DNA of 62,970 nt, counting the filler, from Octopus bimaculoides (taxonomy: Eukaryota): NCBI RefSeq assembly GCF_001194135.2. It is 5 parts of 5 records of this genome, joined end to end, with 100 filler letters (N's around TTAATTAATTAA, not from the genome) between each part and the next. Parts side by side here need not be neighbours in the genome. Positions count along the whole stretch, not along the records: positions 1 to 15,093 come from NC_068981.1; 4 more parts are not named here. The stretch is one strand, 5' to 3'. A program made the translations under genes and the position numbers. Position 1 is the stretch's first letter; the number at the start of each line of letters is the position of its first letter. Shown here one piece after another: positions 1 through 12,383 of the stretch. The notes beneath the pieces were generated by a model, which saw only the letters and a list, made by a program, of their open reading frames with translations, was not told the origin of the DNA and searched no databases.

Positions 1-2780
1 GAATGTTGTTCAATTTGGATCTCTAGTCAGCATAGGTAGATTTTGTACAATAGTCTTGTGTGTCACATTGTTTCTAGGATTGTGAGTTGGTAAATACAGT
101 AGTCTTTTGAGATGAGGTGTGGTGTTAGGGTTTGCTGCCTTAGTGTTTTAATGTCTAATTTCTTAGCACGCTTAATTCCAATGTCTATAAGTAAGAACGG
201 ATATTGTTTTTTCAGTTATTTTTGTTCTGAGTTCTTGAAAACGAGGGTCCTGACTATATCTCTCTGATTCTAATGTGCAAATCCTTTTTGCTAACTTAAA
301 GTAAAAGCTAGTAATTTTGCTAACTTTCGATGTGTTTCGGGTGTTAAGAGCTAAACAGTATATATTGTTTCGAGTCCGTTGGTTTATGATAAATGTCAGT
401 TATAATTTGGTTGTTCATGTTTTGTATGCTGTTCTTTGCCATATTCCCATGCGAATTCAATGTTAGGGTTTATATTTTTTAGTATTGATTTGAATTCTAA
501 AAGTTTATCAATAGTCTCCTCCCAAATGGTAAAGTAGTCATCTAAGTATCTTTTCCAGTTCTCTCTTATATCATGTTGAAATGGATATCTATATTTTTGC
601 AGTGACACTTCATATATCGTGGTTTCAAAATAACCCATTATAAGGTTCGCGAGAACAGACGCTGATTACGTTCTCTTCGCAATTCCGCATTTTTGACGAT
701 ACTAGAAGTCATCAAATAGGACATAATTGTTCTGAAGTATAAAGTTTAAAGATTCAATAATAAAGACTAGAATTTTATTGCTTCTATTCCATAGTAATGT
801 GGAAATTTGGTGTAATGGTTAAGAACATCGTCTTCTGGTGCATGGATATTTATGTATTTGCCTGGTGATTGTTTGCGGGCTTCATTAACTATCTTGTTCG
901 TGTCTATTGTAGGTAGGCCATAAAAAAGACTAGGTTTACATTTAAAGTGTGTGGCATATGCTATTTCTTTTTCTGCCAAGCCTTTTCCGTGTAGGAGTAT
1001 TAGGGATGCAAGATTTTTCATTGTCTTTTGTTGTTTATAGTTTACAAAATTTTCGAAGAAAGTATCGTTTACTAGCATGGATATTACTAGGTTTTTATAG
1101 TATTCTGTTTCAATCAGAACTACAGCATTCCTTTTCCTGTTTCTTTGATTGTCAGGTATTTTTCGTTTTGTAGTTCAGTTAGATCTTTTCATGTTGAGGT
1201 TTGAATTAATTTTTCACATAAGGAAGGTATTTGAAAAATTTTGGATATGGTCACAGAAGTCATTTAATATTTTATTCCTACCTTTAGGTGGAAGATACTT
1301 ACTTCTGTTTTTAACCAGTAATGCGCTTCTATGAGTTGCAGTTTTCTGCAGAATTCCGAAATATTGTCTTTAATTGTATTCTAGTTAGATCTTCTTGGGG
1401 ATAGGCTAGATGTTAATCCTGATTTTTGTTGCAGAGAGAGTTTTCTTTGATAAATGTATTACTTTGGGTTAATCCTATACGTTTTGTTGCAACGTGTGTC
1501 CTTGTTTCTCTTCACTCAGTCTAAAAGCTGTTTACTGCAATTTAATTCATAGACGTTATCAGTGTTATTACTGTTATTAATTATATTAGGATTCCTAGGA
1601 GGCTGGTGTTGCAGTCTGGGTAAATTGTTTTGTTGTGTGTGATTAGGAGTTTTTCTGTTGGAATAAATTGTTGGGGTGCTTAATTATGTTTGAGATGCTG
1701 CCGAGTTGGTTTTGCTGTCAGGTTATTAGGCTCAAATTCCGTAGGTTGGGTTTCTTCGATGAGGTATAGTAGAAGTCCGTTGGACCTTTTTAGTTGCTAT
1801 GGAGAAAAAAAATTAACTCCTAACCCGAGTTTGGTTTCTTCTAGTATTTCTTATTAGTAATCAATCAGTCTATTACTAGATTGAGAACGGTTCCCTTCTA
1901 AGTGTGAAGTTAGCTTTGTATGTTTGTGTTCCTTTAAATGTATAAGGTTTTATCTATTTGGACGTTTATTTATTTCCGTATATCTATATGTTCTAGATTT
2001 TTCCAGGAAGGGGTTATGTGAAATGTAGTTTTATTTAAAAAGAGTTTCGTAATTAAGAAAGAAATTAACTCTGTTTCTACACCGCTGCAGGGAATTTATT
2101 TCTTCCGACACATAACTGTCTTTCCACAGTTTCATAATGCTTTCCAGAAGTTGTTCATCAGCATTATTAGTGAGTTTAGTGTGCATTTCTTCATCGATCG
2201 TTTTATGCTTTTGTTTGTTATTCGATGCTCTAAGTTTAAGTAACTCAATCTTTATTTTCGTTTTCTCTATTGCTAATTTCTCCCTATGCTGTCTTCTTTG
2301 TTCAGGCTTTTCTGGGATAGCTTTGATTTGTAGTTTGTGTGTTAGAATTAATGGTGTTGGGTTCATCCATTTTTCATATATTTCTGCCTTGTTTAATATT
2401 TTTTATCATGTACCAAGCGGAAAACTTTCTAGCGTTAAGGTTTTGAGACCAAATATGGCTAATGCAGCTTTTAGTTAAATTGCTGACATGAGTATATTTT
2501 CATTATGGTTTATATACTTTGGTGATGATTCTTTTTCAGTATTCTTCGTGAAAATTGAGTGCAATGTTGTGCATAGTGCGTTCATATTTTGACTAACCTT
2601 CTCTGTAAATTGTCTCTCCGTTCCCTTTCAGTTTCTTTACGTATGCGGGAATTTAATCCATAGATTTTGTTAGAATAACTATATTTGAGTAAATTTCTTT
2701 TAATTGTTTTCAATATGTTCTCGTTGGTATTTTTATCCGATGTATTTTTTGTAGGTTTCGACGGCATTTTCGGTTCCATG
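1..2780 (-). mobile_element. Penelope-like retroelement, decayed RT ORF (stops and frameshifts), running off the window start
   Basis: Minus-strand translation gives PLE RT motifs in the right order: FYGLP (925-911), RQKCGIA..S.VLANLIMGYFE (about 700-625), WKRYLDD (RYLDD 551-537), TDIYHKPTDSKQY (about 400-360); K-rich N-terminal fragments at 2031-2779. Confidence 0.85.
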
Positions 2781-3045
2781 TGTGGTAAATAGTAGTAAAA
2801 CGATGGGAGGAATTTCGATTATCCCTACGCGGTGAATTGTAGTGCGATATATATATATATATTGTCAAAAGTAAAATGTAAAGCTTTGTATAAGCTTTGT
2901 TGTGTTAAGTACTGGTTGTAACAAAAGTATTACAATACCTATATACAGCCTTTGATAATAATAAGAAAATGTTGAAAACAGCTTACAAGAGAGTATTTAA
3001 CAAAAAGTATTAGGTGTTCAATAAAAATCATGTTTAGTAGTATAC

Positions 3046-3182
3046 ATATATATACACAGAAAGAGATATATTTAAGAATTGACAAAATTTGGAGAGGAAC
3101 CGACCTGCCTTTTCTCTCTTGTATGTAGCTAGGATGTTCCCTAGACAAATTCTTAAATATATCTCTTTCTGTGTATATATAT
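3046..3182. repeat. Perfect 35-bp inverted repeat with 67-nt spacer, next to an N gap
   Basis: 3046-3080 ATATATATACACAGAAAGAGATATATTTAAGAATT is the exact reverse complement of 3148-3182. Confidence 0.9.
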
Positions 3183-4087
3183 ATANNNNNNNNNNNNNNN
3201 NNNNNNNNNNNNNNNNNNNNNNNNNNNNNNNNNNNNNNNNNNNNNNNNNNNNNNNNNNNNNNNNNNNNNNNNNNNNNNNNNNNNNNNNNNNNNNNNNNNN
3301 NNNNNNNNNNNNNNNNNNNNNNNNNNNNNNNNNNNNNNNNNNNNNNNNNNNNNNNNNNNNNNNNNNNNNNNNNNNNNNNNNNNNNNNNNNNNNNNNNNNN
3401 NNNNNNNNNNNNNNNNNNNNNNNNNNNNNNNNNNNNNNNNNNNNNNNNNNNNNNNNNNNNNNNNNNNNNNNNNNNNNNNNNNNNNNNNNNNNNNNNNNNN
3501 NNNNNNNNNNNNNNNNNNNNNNNNNNNNNNNNNNNNNNNNNNNNNNNNNNNNNNNNNNNNNNNNNNNNNNNNNNNNNNNNNNNNNNNNNNNNNNNNNNNN
3601 NNNNNNNNNNNNNNNNNNNNNNNNNNNNNNNNNNNNNNNNNNNNNNNNNNNNNNNNNNNNNNNNNNNNNNNNNNNNNNNNNNNNNNNNNNNNNNNNNNNN
3701 NNNNNNNNNNNNNNNNNNNNNNNNNNNNNNNNNNNNNNNNNNNNNNNNNNNNNNNNNNNNNNNNNNNNNNNNNNNNNNNNNNNNNNNNNNNNNNNNNNNN
3801 NNNNNNNNNNNNNNNNNNNNNNNNNNNNNNNNNNNNNNNNNNNNNNNNNNNNNNNNNNNNNNNNNNNNNNNNNNNNNNNNNNNNNNNNNNNNNNNNNNNN
3901 NNNNNNNNNNNNNNNNNNNNNNNNNNNNNNNNNNNNNNNNNNNNNNNNNNNNNNNNNNNNNNNNNNNNNNNNNNNNNNNNNNNNNNNNNNNNNNNNNNNN
4001 NNNNNNNNNNNNNNNNNNNNNNNNNNNNNNNNNNNNNNNNNNNNNNNNNNNNNNNNNNNNNNNNNNNNNNNNNNNNNNNNNNNNNNN

Positions 4088-4140
4088 GACGTTTCACAGT
4101 TAAGAGCATGAAATACCCCATTCTGATCTTCAGCTAAATA
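4088..4140 (-). ncRNA. Candidate minimal type I hammerhead ribozyme core, truncated by N gap
   Basis: Minus strand reads CTGAAGA(4133-4127)-T-CAG...CTG-T-GAAAC-GTC(4088): core boxes, short stem II, palindromic ACGT stem III and GUC triplet; the 3' strand of stem I falls in the gap. Confidence 0.45.
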
Positions 4141-4360
4141 TTCTAATAAATTTGCTAATGTCTAAATAACTCACGGTAATTTTGACCATGCGACATCAAG
4201 ACCACGTGAAGTAGACATTAAGAAATTTATCGGCCAGTGAGTTTAAAATCTCTCACCCTAATGAATTCAATTCAGTGTGTATCATAAATAGTCCCGCATA
4301 GAAAAAAGTCCCGTACGAACTTATTGCGGTTTAAATATTCACCTTAGAGGTATTACTAAA

Positions 4361-4512
4361 ATATAGATATACAGGGCAGGGAATCGTCAATTAGTATTAC
4401 TAATTACTAATTACTAATTACTAATTGACGATTCCCTGCCCTGTATATCTATATATAGATATAGATATACAGGGCAGGGAATCGTCAATTAGTAATTAGT
4501 AATTACAAACGC
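4361..4512. repeat. Triple inverted repeat A-A'-A of a 36-bp unit
   Basis: ATATAGATATACAGGGCAGGGAATCGTCAATTAGTA at 4361-4396 and 4459-4494, exact reverse complement at 4419-4454, with short (TAATTAC)n spacer. Confidence 0.9.
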
Positions 4513-7500
4513 AGGATAATGCTAATAATATAGCCTGAACAGGATAAGTTGACCCTATTTTGCAGAAAAAAGTGTTGGCGACCAGCTATGTGACACCTCC
4601 GAGACTACGCGTCGCGGGACTCTAGACCGAGTAAGCTAACGTGTCCACACCTCCACATTGTATATATATANNNNNNNNNNNNNNNNNNNNNNNNNNNNNN
4701 NNNNNNNNNNNNNNNNNNNNNNNNNNNNNNNNNNNNNNNNNNNNNNNNNNNNNNNNNNNNNNNNNNNNNNNNNNNNNNNNNNNNNNNNNNNNNNNNNNNN
4801 NNNNNNNNNNNNNNNNNNNNNNNNNNNNNNNNNNNNNNNNNNNNNNNNNNNNNNNNNNNNNNNNNNNNNNNNNNNNNNNNNNNNNNNNNNNNNNNNNNNN
4901 NNNNNNNNNNNNNNNNNNNNNNNNNNNNNNNNNNNNNNNNNNNNNNNNNNNNNNNNNNNNNNNNNNNNNNNNNNNNNNNNNNNNNNNNNNNNNNNATATA
5001 TATACTTAAACACTTATATATATGTATATCCTACTCTTAGTTCTTGAATTGCTTAGCTCTGCTTTATGAACACTCATTGTGCTTTGTCGATCAACGTTCA
5101 AGTATTTGCTGCCAAATCTACCAATTAAATCAGCTGTGTCTATATATTCATTGCATTTACAGGTTTTTATTTTTTCATATGGTACAAGAAAGAATGAGAT
5201 CTTTTTATTTGCTCTCCTCTGTTGATAACTTGTCACTTTGTATCTCATCATACCAAAATTTCTATCAACTAATCGGTTCTATTTTTACCCATTTAATGAA
5301 CATAGGCGCCATAGAGTTAAATAATACGTTTTCACAATATTGGATATAAGTGAGGTTTTTGTCTCATAGAACCAATAAAATAATTTCCCTGTAAATTTTC
5401 TTGCTTCGTAATAATCCACTTATTTTGGCATCAATGCATTGAGAAACTTGGGTAAGATTTTAATAGTTTTTTTATGTTTTCACAAGCATCACTTCCTTTT
5501 CGTTAGTAAACTCTTAGGTTAAAAAAATTGGCACTATCGCTTATTTGATTTTTTAAAAAATCTTTTGTTCCTACGATTTATTGTCAGAATGCATATTACT
5601 CTAACTTCGGTAATTGGATTAGTCTTATCTGTTTGCAATATTTTCAACTGTGCTATATTTCAAGACTATTTCTGAATATGTGAATAATTTCCCGTTGTTA
5701 CAATGAATGTCAGTTGTTAAATCAACATTAGATATATTCGCTGTTTCAAAAAGTGTCCTGAATCATTGAAAATGATGCAAGAAAAAGATAATAAAAAATG
5801 AATAAATGCATAAATAATGAAGAGTTTCCAAGATCTATTCCATAATGACAAATAGAACGAAGTGAGATAAAAAAAGGAAAGTAAATTAGTACTCATTAAT
5901 GTTCTATTTGTATATATATTTCTCCTATCCTTTCCAAAATAGACCTGTACATCTAACAGGTGTTAAAGAAAATACACAAAGTGTCTAGCCTATCCAATTT
6001 TCTTATATATATCTCTCTCATTTATTCTCGACCTACATTTAATCCTTGTTTTGTTTTTCCACATCTCAAATCACACACTCACACAAACAGCCGCGCGCGC
6101 GCGGCTTATAAACACTTCTGGTATGTTTTGGTTATCATTGAAAATGACTGGTATGTCTGAATAATCAGCACCTACATGATGTTTATGGAAATCGTATGAG
6201 TTTCATAGTTTCCTGAATATCGAGGACACGATCAATTTCAACACACATGACAAACAGATGTTAGGTAAAATAAACAACCTTCAGATTAATTCGTGTTTGG
6301 GTGAATGAATATTCTACACCTACTGTGTATAATCTATCTGACGGTGTCCATTCTCTCCGTATGTCCAGTATAGCTCTCAAAACTTGTAGACAACAACGTT
6401 ATGATAAAATAGATTTGTTTAAGACACTCCACAGATAAATCGAAATCTCATGAATGTTCACAAATCCCTGATTTCATTGTTCTTATATATCTGCATGTAT
6501 GTATATATTACACTTCTTTGAATTTAATATATGTTCTTAAGAGGGTATAAGGCAGTTGCTAGCAAAGCAACAGAAATGTTAAGTTAAGAGAGTTCCCGGT
6601 GTTTGTAAATATGTGGTTGACGGGCTGTGTTGCTCAAACTGTCTAAGCATAAACTCAAGTGTGTACATTTATTCATATAAGGACTTCACATGGAGAATAT
6701 TTGCAATGTCTTGTAAATCTTCACTGTGCCACAAATTGGACTTGGAGAATTAGTGTCGGATTCTATTGCTCTTTTTTCTGTGAATCCAAATATTTCTAGG
6801 CTATTGTGTAACGTAACACACCTAACACACCTATTATGATAGGTACAAATGAGAATTCGTAGTCATGGTACAAGACCTGTAAGTTCCATATTAATCCGCC
6901 ATAGACGTTCTCAATATATGTATGTATTTGAGAATGTATAAATGTAAATTAATGTATGCATTCATTCAAGTGTGTATTGATACGTGTGTGCATGTAAAAG
7001 TCTATGTGAGTAAAAGGGTGACAGAGAAATATGTCATTGGTTATTGGTTTAAAATTCCACTAAACAGTTATAATGTGCTGGTTTCGATCCACCAGTCACC
7101 ATAGCTTCATGTCGACATTAGCCTTAAGGCCAGTAAAGCATGTGCAAACGTAAACTAAAACCAAGATAAAGAATGCCCTTGGAAATCATATGACAAGATT
7201 TTTCAGACACTGTATCACAGGGAATAAACAGTTCAAAGATTAAATTAGAGTAACACTTTTCTGTGGATTATTTTTGCAATATCATGAGGTTGGCCCACTG
7301 ACCGAACAACGAAGGATTTACTTAGTTCATTTTAATGTAATAAGTGTATGCATGTGTAGGTATATATATACATACATATATATATATATACCTTCTCTTT
7401 ATGAATATTCTGAAAACTATTCAGTCTTGGATGTTTTTTCATCTCAATTTGTTAATTTATATACATATATAAATTAGTACACATAATTGGAAGTGTATAA

Positions 7501-8520
7501 ACGAGAGTATGTGCAATCTTACTTTAAATATTTTATTCATTTCAACAAAGAACGTCATTTATATTCCGTTTTCAGTTACATAAAGAGACTTTATATATTA
7601 TTATTATTATTATTATTATATATANNNNNNNNNNNNNNNNNNNNNNNNNNNNNNNNNNNNNNNNNNNNNNNNNNNNNNNNNNNNNNNNNNNNNNNNNNNN
7701 NNNNNNNNNNNNNNNNNNNNNNNNNNNNNNNNNNNNNNNNNNNNNNNNNNNNNNNNNNNNNNNNNNNNNNNNNNNNNNNNNNNNNNNNNNNNNNNNNNNN
7801 NNNNNNNNNNNNNNNNNNNNNNNNNNNNNNNNNNNNNNNNNNNNNNNNNNNNNNNNNNNNNNNNNNNNNNNNNNNNNNNNNNNNNNNNNNNNNNNNNNNN
7901 NNNNNNNNNNNNNNNNNNNNNNNNNNNNNNNNNNNNNNNNNNNNNNNNNNNNNNNNNNNNNNNNNNNNNNNNNNNNNNNNNNNNNNNNNNNNNNNNNNNN
8001 NNNNNNNNNNNNNNNNNNNNNNNNNNNNNNNNNNNNNNNNNNNNNNNNNNNNNNNNNNNNNNNNNNNNNNNNNNNNNNNNNNNNNNNNNNNNNNNNNNNN
8101 NNNNNNNNNNNNNNNNNNNNNNNNNNNNNNNNNNNNNNNNNNNNNNNNNNNNNNNNNNNNNNNNNNNNNNNNNNNNNNNNNNNNNNNNNNNNNNNNNNNN
8201 NNNNNNNNNNNNNNNNNNNNNNNNNNNNNNNNNNNNNNNNNNNNNNNNNNNNNNNNNNNNNNNNNNNNNNNNNNNNNNNNNNNNNNNNNNNNNNNNNNNN
8301 NNNNNNNNNNNNNNNNNNNNNNNNNNNNNNNNNNNNNNNNNNNNNNNNNNNNNNNNNNNNNNNNNNNNNNNNNNNNNNNNNNNNNNNNNNNNNNNNNNNN
8401 NNNNNNNNNNNNNNNNNNNNNNNNNNNNNNNNNNNNNNNNNNNNNNNNNNNNNNNNNNNNNNNNNNNNNNNNNNNNNNNNNNNNNNNNNNNNNNNNNNNN
8501 NNNNATATATATATATATAT

Positions 8521-8681
8521 ATACGACGAGTTTCTTTCTGCTTCTGTCTAAGAAATCCAATCACAAAATTTTGGGTGGGCCGAGACTATAGTAGAAAACA
8601 CTTGCCCTGGGTACCACTCAGTGGGACCGAACCCGGAATCATGTGGTTCGGAAGAAAACTTCTCAATGCAGTCAGTCACGC
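8521..8681 (-). mobile_element. tRNA-derived SINE family A, decayed 5' half
   Basis: Matches other copies in the window (..GCTATAGTAGAAGACACTTGCCC..GGGACTGAACCCGGAACCATGTGG type sequence), with substitutions. Confidence 0.75.
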
Positions 8682-9326
8682 ATAATTATAGATATTTCAG
8701 AGACAACTTAGAGGTTCCTTAATCTGCTATAGAATTTCAGCTTTGTTAATTTTGCATATTTCTTTACTTGCAATATTATTTGAAAAATAGGAGTTCAAAT
8801 AAATTTAACGAGAGCTGTAGCTGCCCAAATGAAATTCGTTAAACACGTGGCAATACATTAGTTACGAAATATAGTTGAAGCGTACATGAAACCAAGTAAA
8901 ATGTCTGGAACCCTGAGAATAGTAGCTAAAATGTAAAACAAAATACTGTTCTTTAGAGAAAAACTAAAAAGCCATATCAAAACATCTTAACATGAACAAT
9001 ATGTCAAACATTAATATACGAAAGTGTTTTTTTAAAAATATATTTAGATACAGAACAAGCATTTAATTACAATGAGGAATTAATGGTAGAAACATTGATA
9101 CCAGTACTGATATTGCACACATTACTAACTTATTTTATGTGATTTTATTTTATTAGTATGGAACTATTTGGGAAGAAAATAGGTGGAAACAATTCGTCAC
9201 ACATGGGCACTGCTTACTCAAAAAGTAATAATTATTACAACTTTTGATAATATTCTACAATAAAATTGGACAACCAACAAAAAGCAATAATATATAATTA
9301 ATTTCAGATAAATGTAATGAATATAA

Positions 9327-9545
9327 TTAAATTGTTTTAAAGAAAGGAAATCTAGACGAATAATGATTTCTGTAATTGACAAACAAGACACTGAATTACA
9401 TATGAAAGAACAATCAATGATTTCGAGAAAAGCTCCCGATTGGCTATACGTCACGCCGAGCAGAAGAAACCGACTGCATCCTTCTCCCTGAAGAGGTAAT
9501 GAATATTAAATAACAGATTCAGTCGTGCCTTTCCGAAATGTTCTC
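9327..9545 (+). mobile_element. Possible Penelope 3' end: GIY-YIG C-terminal remnant followed by pLTR-like sequence
   Basis: Open frame IMISVIDKQDTELHMKEQSMISRKAP resembles the GIY-YIG C-terminal helix; followed by GATTGG, TACGTCA and CTGAAGAGG...TTCCGAAAT. Confidence 0.35.
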
Positions 9546-9658
9546 TTTATTGAATGTTATGTTAATATGAAATTCTGTATAATTGTACTTGTTAGAGATA
9601 TAAAAGAATGAGTAGCAGTTACACATATATAAATAATCGTATTCACACACATACACAC

Positions 9659-9712
<54 letters not shown>

Positions 9713-10355
9713 CATACATATACATATATATATATATATATATANNNNNNNNNNNNNNNNNNNNNNNNNNNNNNNNNNNNNNNNNNNNNNNNNNNNNNNN
9801 NNNNNNNNNNNNNNNNNNNNNNNNNNNNNNNNNNNNNNNNNNNNNNNNNNNNNNNNNNNNNNNNNNNNNNNNNNNNNNNNNNNNNNNNNNNNNNNNNNNN
9901 NNNNNNNNNNNNNNNNNNNNNNNNNNNNNNNNNNNNNNNNNNNNNNNNNNNNNNNNNNNNNNNNNNNNNNNNNNNNNNNNNNNNNNNNNNNNNNNNNNNN
10001 NNNNNNNNNNNNNNNNNNNNNNNNNNNNNNNNNNNNNNNNNNNNNNNNNNNNNNNNNNNNNNNNNNNNNNNNNNNNNNNNNNNNNNNNNNNNNNNNNNNN
10101 NNNNNNNNNNNNNNNNNNNNNNNNNNNNNNNNNNNNNNNNNNNNNNNNNNNNNNNNNNNNNNNNNNNNNNNNNNNNNNNNNNNNNNNNNNNNNNNNNNNN
10201 NNNNNNNNNNNNNNNNNNNNNNNNNNNNNNNNNNNNNNNNNNNNNNNNNNNNNNNNNNNNNNNNNNNNNNNNNNNNNNNNNNNNNNNNNNNNNNNNNNNN
10301 NNNNNNNNNNNNNNNNNNNNNNNNNNNNNNNNNNNNNNNNNNNNNNNNNNCACAC

Positions 10356-11210
10356 AAAGGGTGTTTCAAACAATTTGATATCATTACAGATGTAAATACC
10401 ACAAAATCTACAGTGGCAAAGTAAATGAAACTAAACAGGTTTAATGTTGGGCAACATGAGTTTTTTTCCTCCAAATTTGAATGAGAAATTCAAAGGTATG
10501 TGGATTCCATGAACCATTTCAAAAACGTTCAATATGCGCACTGCCTGAGACAAAGCACACGTCAAATCGGTAGTCCAGCTCCTCCTAAACACGCTAAATG
10601 CGGTAGTGATTCTCTGCTCGAGTTCCTCTTGGTTTGCAGGAAGAGGGGTATATAGACCAGGCCCTTCACATAGCCCCATGTTTGCGCTTTCACCTGTCAT
10701 CTGTCGTTATGGCCTGAACAAGCTTCAGCTTGTAAGGTTTCATTAGCAAGTGTGTGCTCAGGACGCCCCAAACTTGTTGGAGTATTCTGGGTTTCCAGGC
10801 TTGTTCATCTTATGGACTTCTTGGGGCTTCGCAAGCATTTTTGGCGAACCCGCTCCACCGTCTCTTCCAATGTTAGTAGTCGTTCAGATCCTTTTGTCTT
10901 GCAGAGACAGCCTTCTTTGAATTTCTTGTGCCATGTCCAAATCTGCATTGCCGTTGGTGATTTTTAGTGATCTCTCTCGCAAATGCAGGCTGCACAGTCT
11001 TGTTCGACTGTGTTCGAGCACACTCAAACACATAAAACGCCTTTTCTTTGCCAGTGAATGCAATAAACATATCAAAAGTAAACATATCAAATATTAAACA
11101 TAAACTGTTGACTTGTTTCTACACAAGCTGTTAAAATTTGAAGTCATTTGAACAAGAACTGGTAAACTTATGAGATTGCAAAATGATATATAATTTTCGG
11201 AAACACTATT
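10356..11210 (-). mobile_element. Internally deleted Tc1/mariner element lacking the catalytic core
   Basis: N-terminus AFTGKEKAFYVFECARTQSNKTVQ and C-terminus WGYVKGLVY..PLPANQEELEQRIT / RV*EELDYRFDVCFVSGSAHIERF; degenerate TIRs GTGTTTCAAACAATTTGATATCATT vs reverse complement of right end (20/25). Confidence 0.8.
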
Positions 11211-11217
11211 TATGATG

Positions 11218-12383
11218 TATTGTGTAATCCGCAAATAATGCAGTTTTTTACTACTTCCTATATTTTTCAAAATGAAGAGGAACACATTTCTTTTTTAATC
11301 TAAAATATATTATCCTTAATTTACTTCAATGCGCTTCAATCTATTTGGTAGACTTGCAAGGCCCTTCTTCCAAAATTCACTTGTCCATGACAAAAAAATA
11401 CTACTCTAGTACTGTTCTGACCGCGTCTACAGAATTCATAATTGTCCAAATGATTTTGAAGACTGCGGAATAAATGATCATGAGATGGGGCAATTTCCGG
11501 AGAATATAGTGGGTGGGGCATCGCTTCCCATTCATACTGATCCACCTTCGAAATGTGTTCCTCCCTGTAGTAGCTGAGTATTATCCTGATGGAGGAACAC
11601 ATTTCGTCTTGAAACCAAATATGGCAGATCTTTCTTCTAGTCCTGAGTTAAGCTGCTCCAATCGATCGGTTTAAAAGTTCAAAGTGGGCTAAACATTTCA
11701 TATTCCACCAAATAGATAAGAACTCCTGATTTAGTTGAAGACCTTTTTAGCCTGGTGCGCCTGTGTTTCTACTTTCCATACGCACTGTTTTCAGCGCTTG
11801 ACATTTTTATAGAGAACCCATTTCTCTTCACCAGTCACTATTCGGTCCGAAAAACGATCATTCGTAAGACGTGTCAACAATGAATAGCACGCATTCACTT
11901 TCTGCGCGTGATTAGATTCGATCCTATTGACCCAATTTTCTGACTTCTCCGATGGCCTGCAAGTATTGATGAATGGTTGAATGACCAAATTCAAGCTTCT
12001 CTGCTATTTCCTCAACAGTCACGATGGGATTTTGTTCCACCAGTGTTTGCAGGACGTCCTCGTCAAGCTCTACACATCTTTCAGGACGAGGATCGTCTTC
12101 TAGGCTGTCGTTTCCGACTCGGAATTTCTAGCACCATCGTTGACACTTGCTTACGCTTATTGTCCGATCCACATTTATTGCATTAGTGTTCCTCGCAATT
12201 TCCGTTGCATTGATGCCTTTATTGAACTCATATAAGAAAATATGTCTAATATGCATACTCCTTTGTTACTTCCATTATACCTTTGAAAAAATAACTGTTA
12301 AAATCGAACTACACTCATCAAAATTTCCACTAAGAATAAGGACAATGTAACATTAAAAGAAGTATATTTGAGATGACGCAATG
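11218..12383 (-). mobile_element. Mariner (Mos1-type) DNA transposon relic
   Basis: Fragments MEVTKE..RHIFLYEFNKG, DRIVTGEEKWVLYKNVKR, EWEAMPHPLYSPEIAPSHDHLFRSLQNHLD; degenerate TIRs at 11218 (TATTGTGTAATCCGCAAATAATG) and ending about 12383 (..TTTGAGATGACGCAAT). Confidence 0.9.

Noticed and set aside
5006-5251. 81-aa minus ORF considered as a piggyBac C-terminal remnant
   Set aside because: Cys spacing does not fit and no other transposase motif is nearby.
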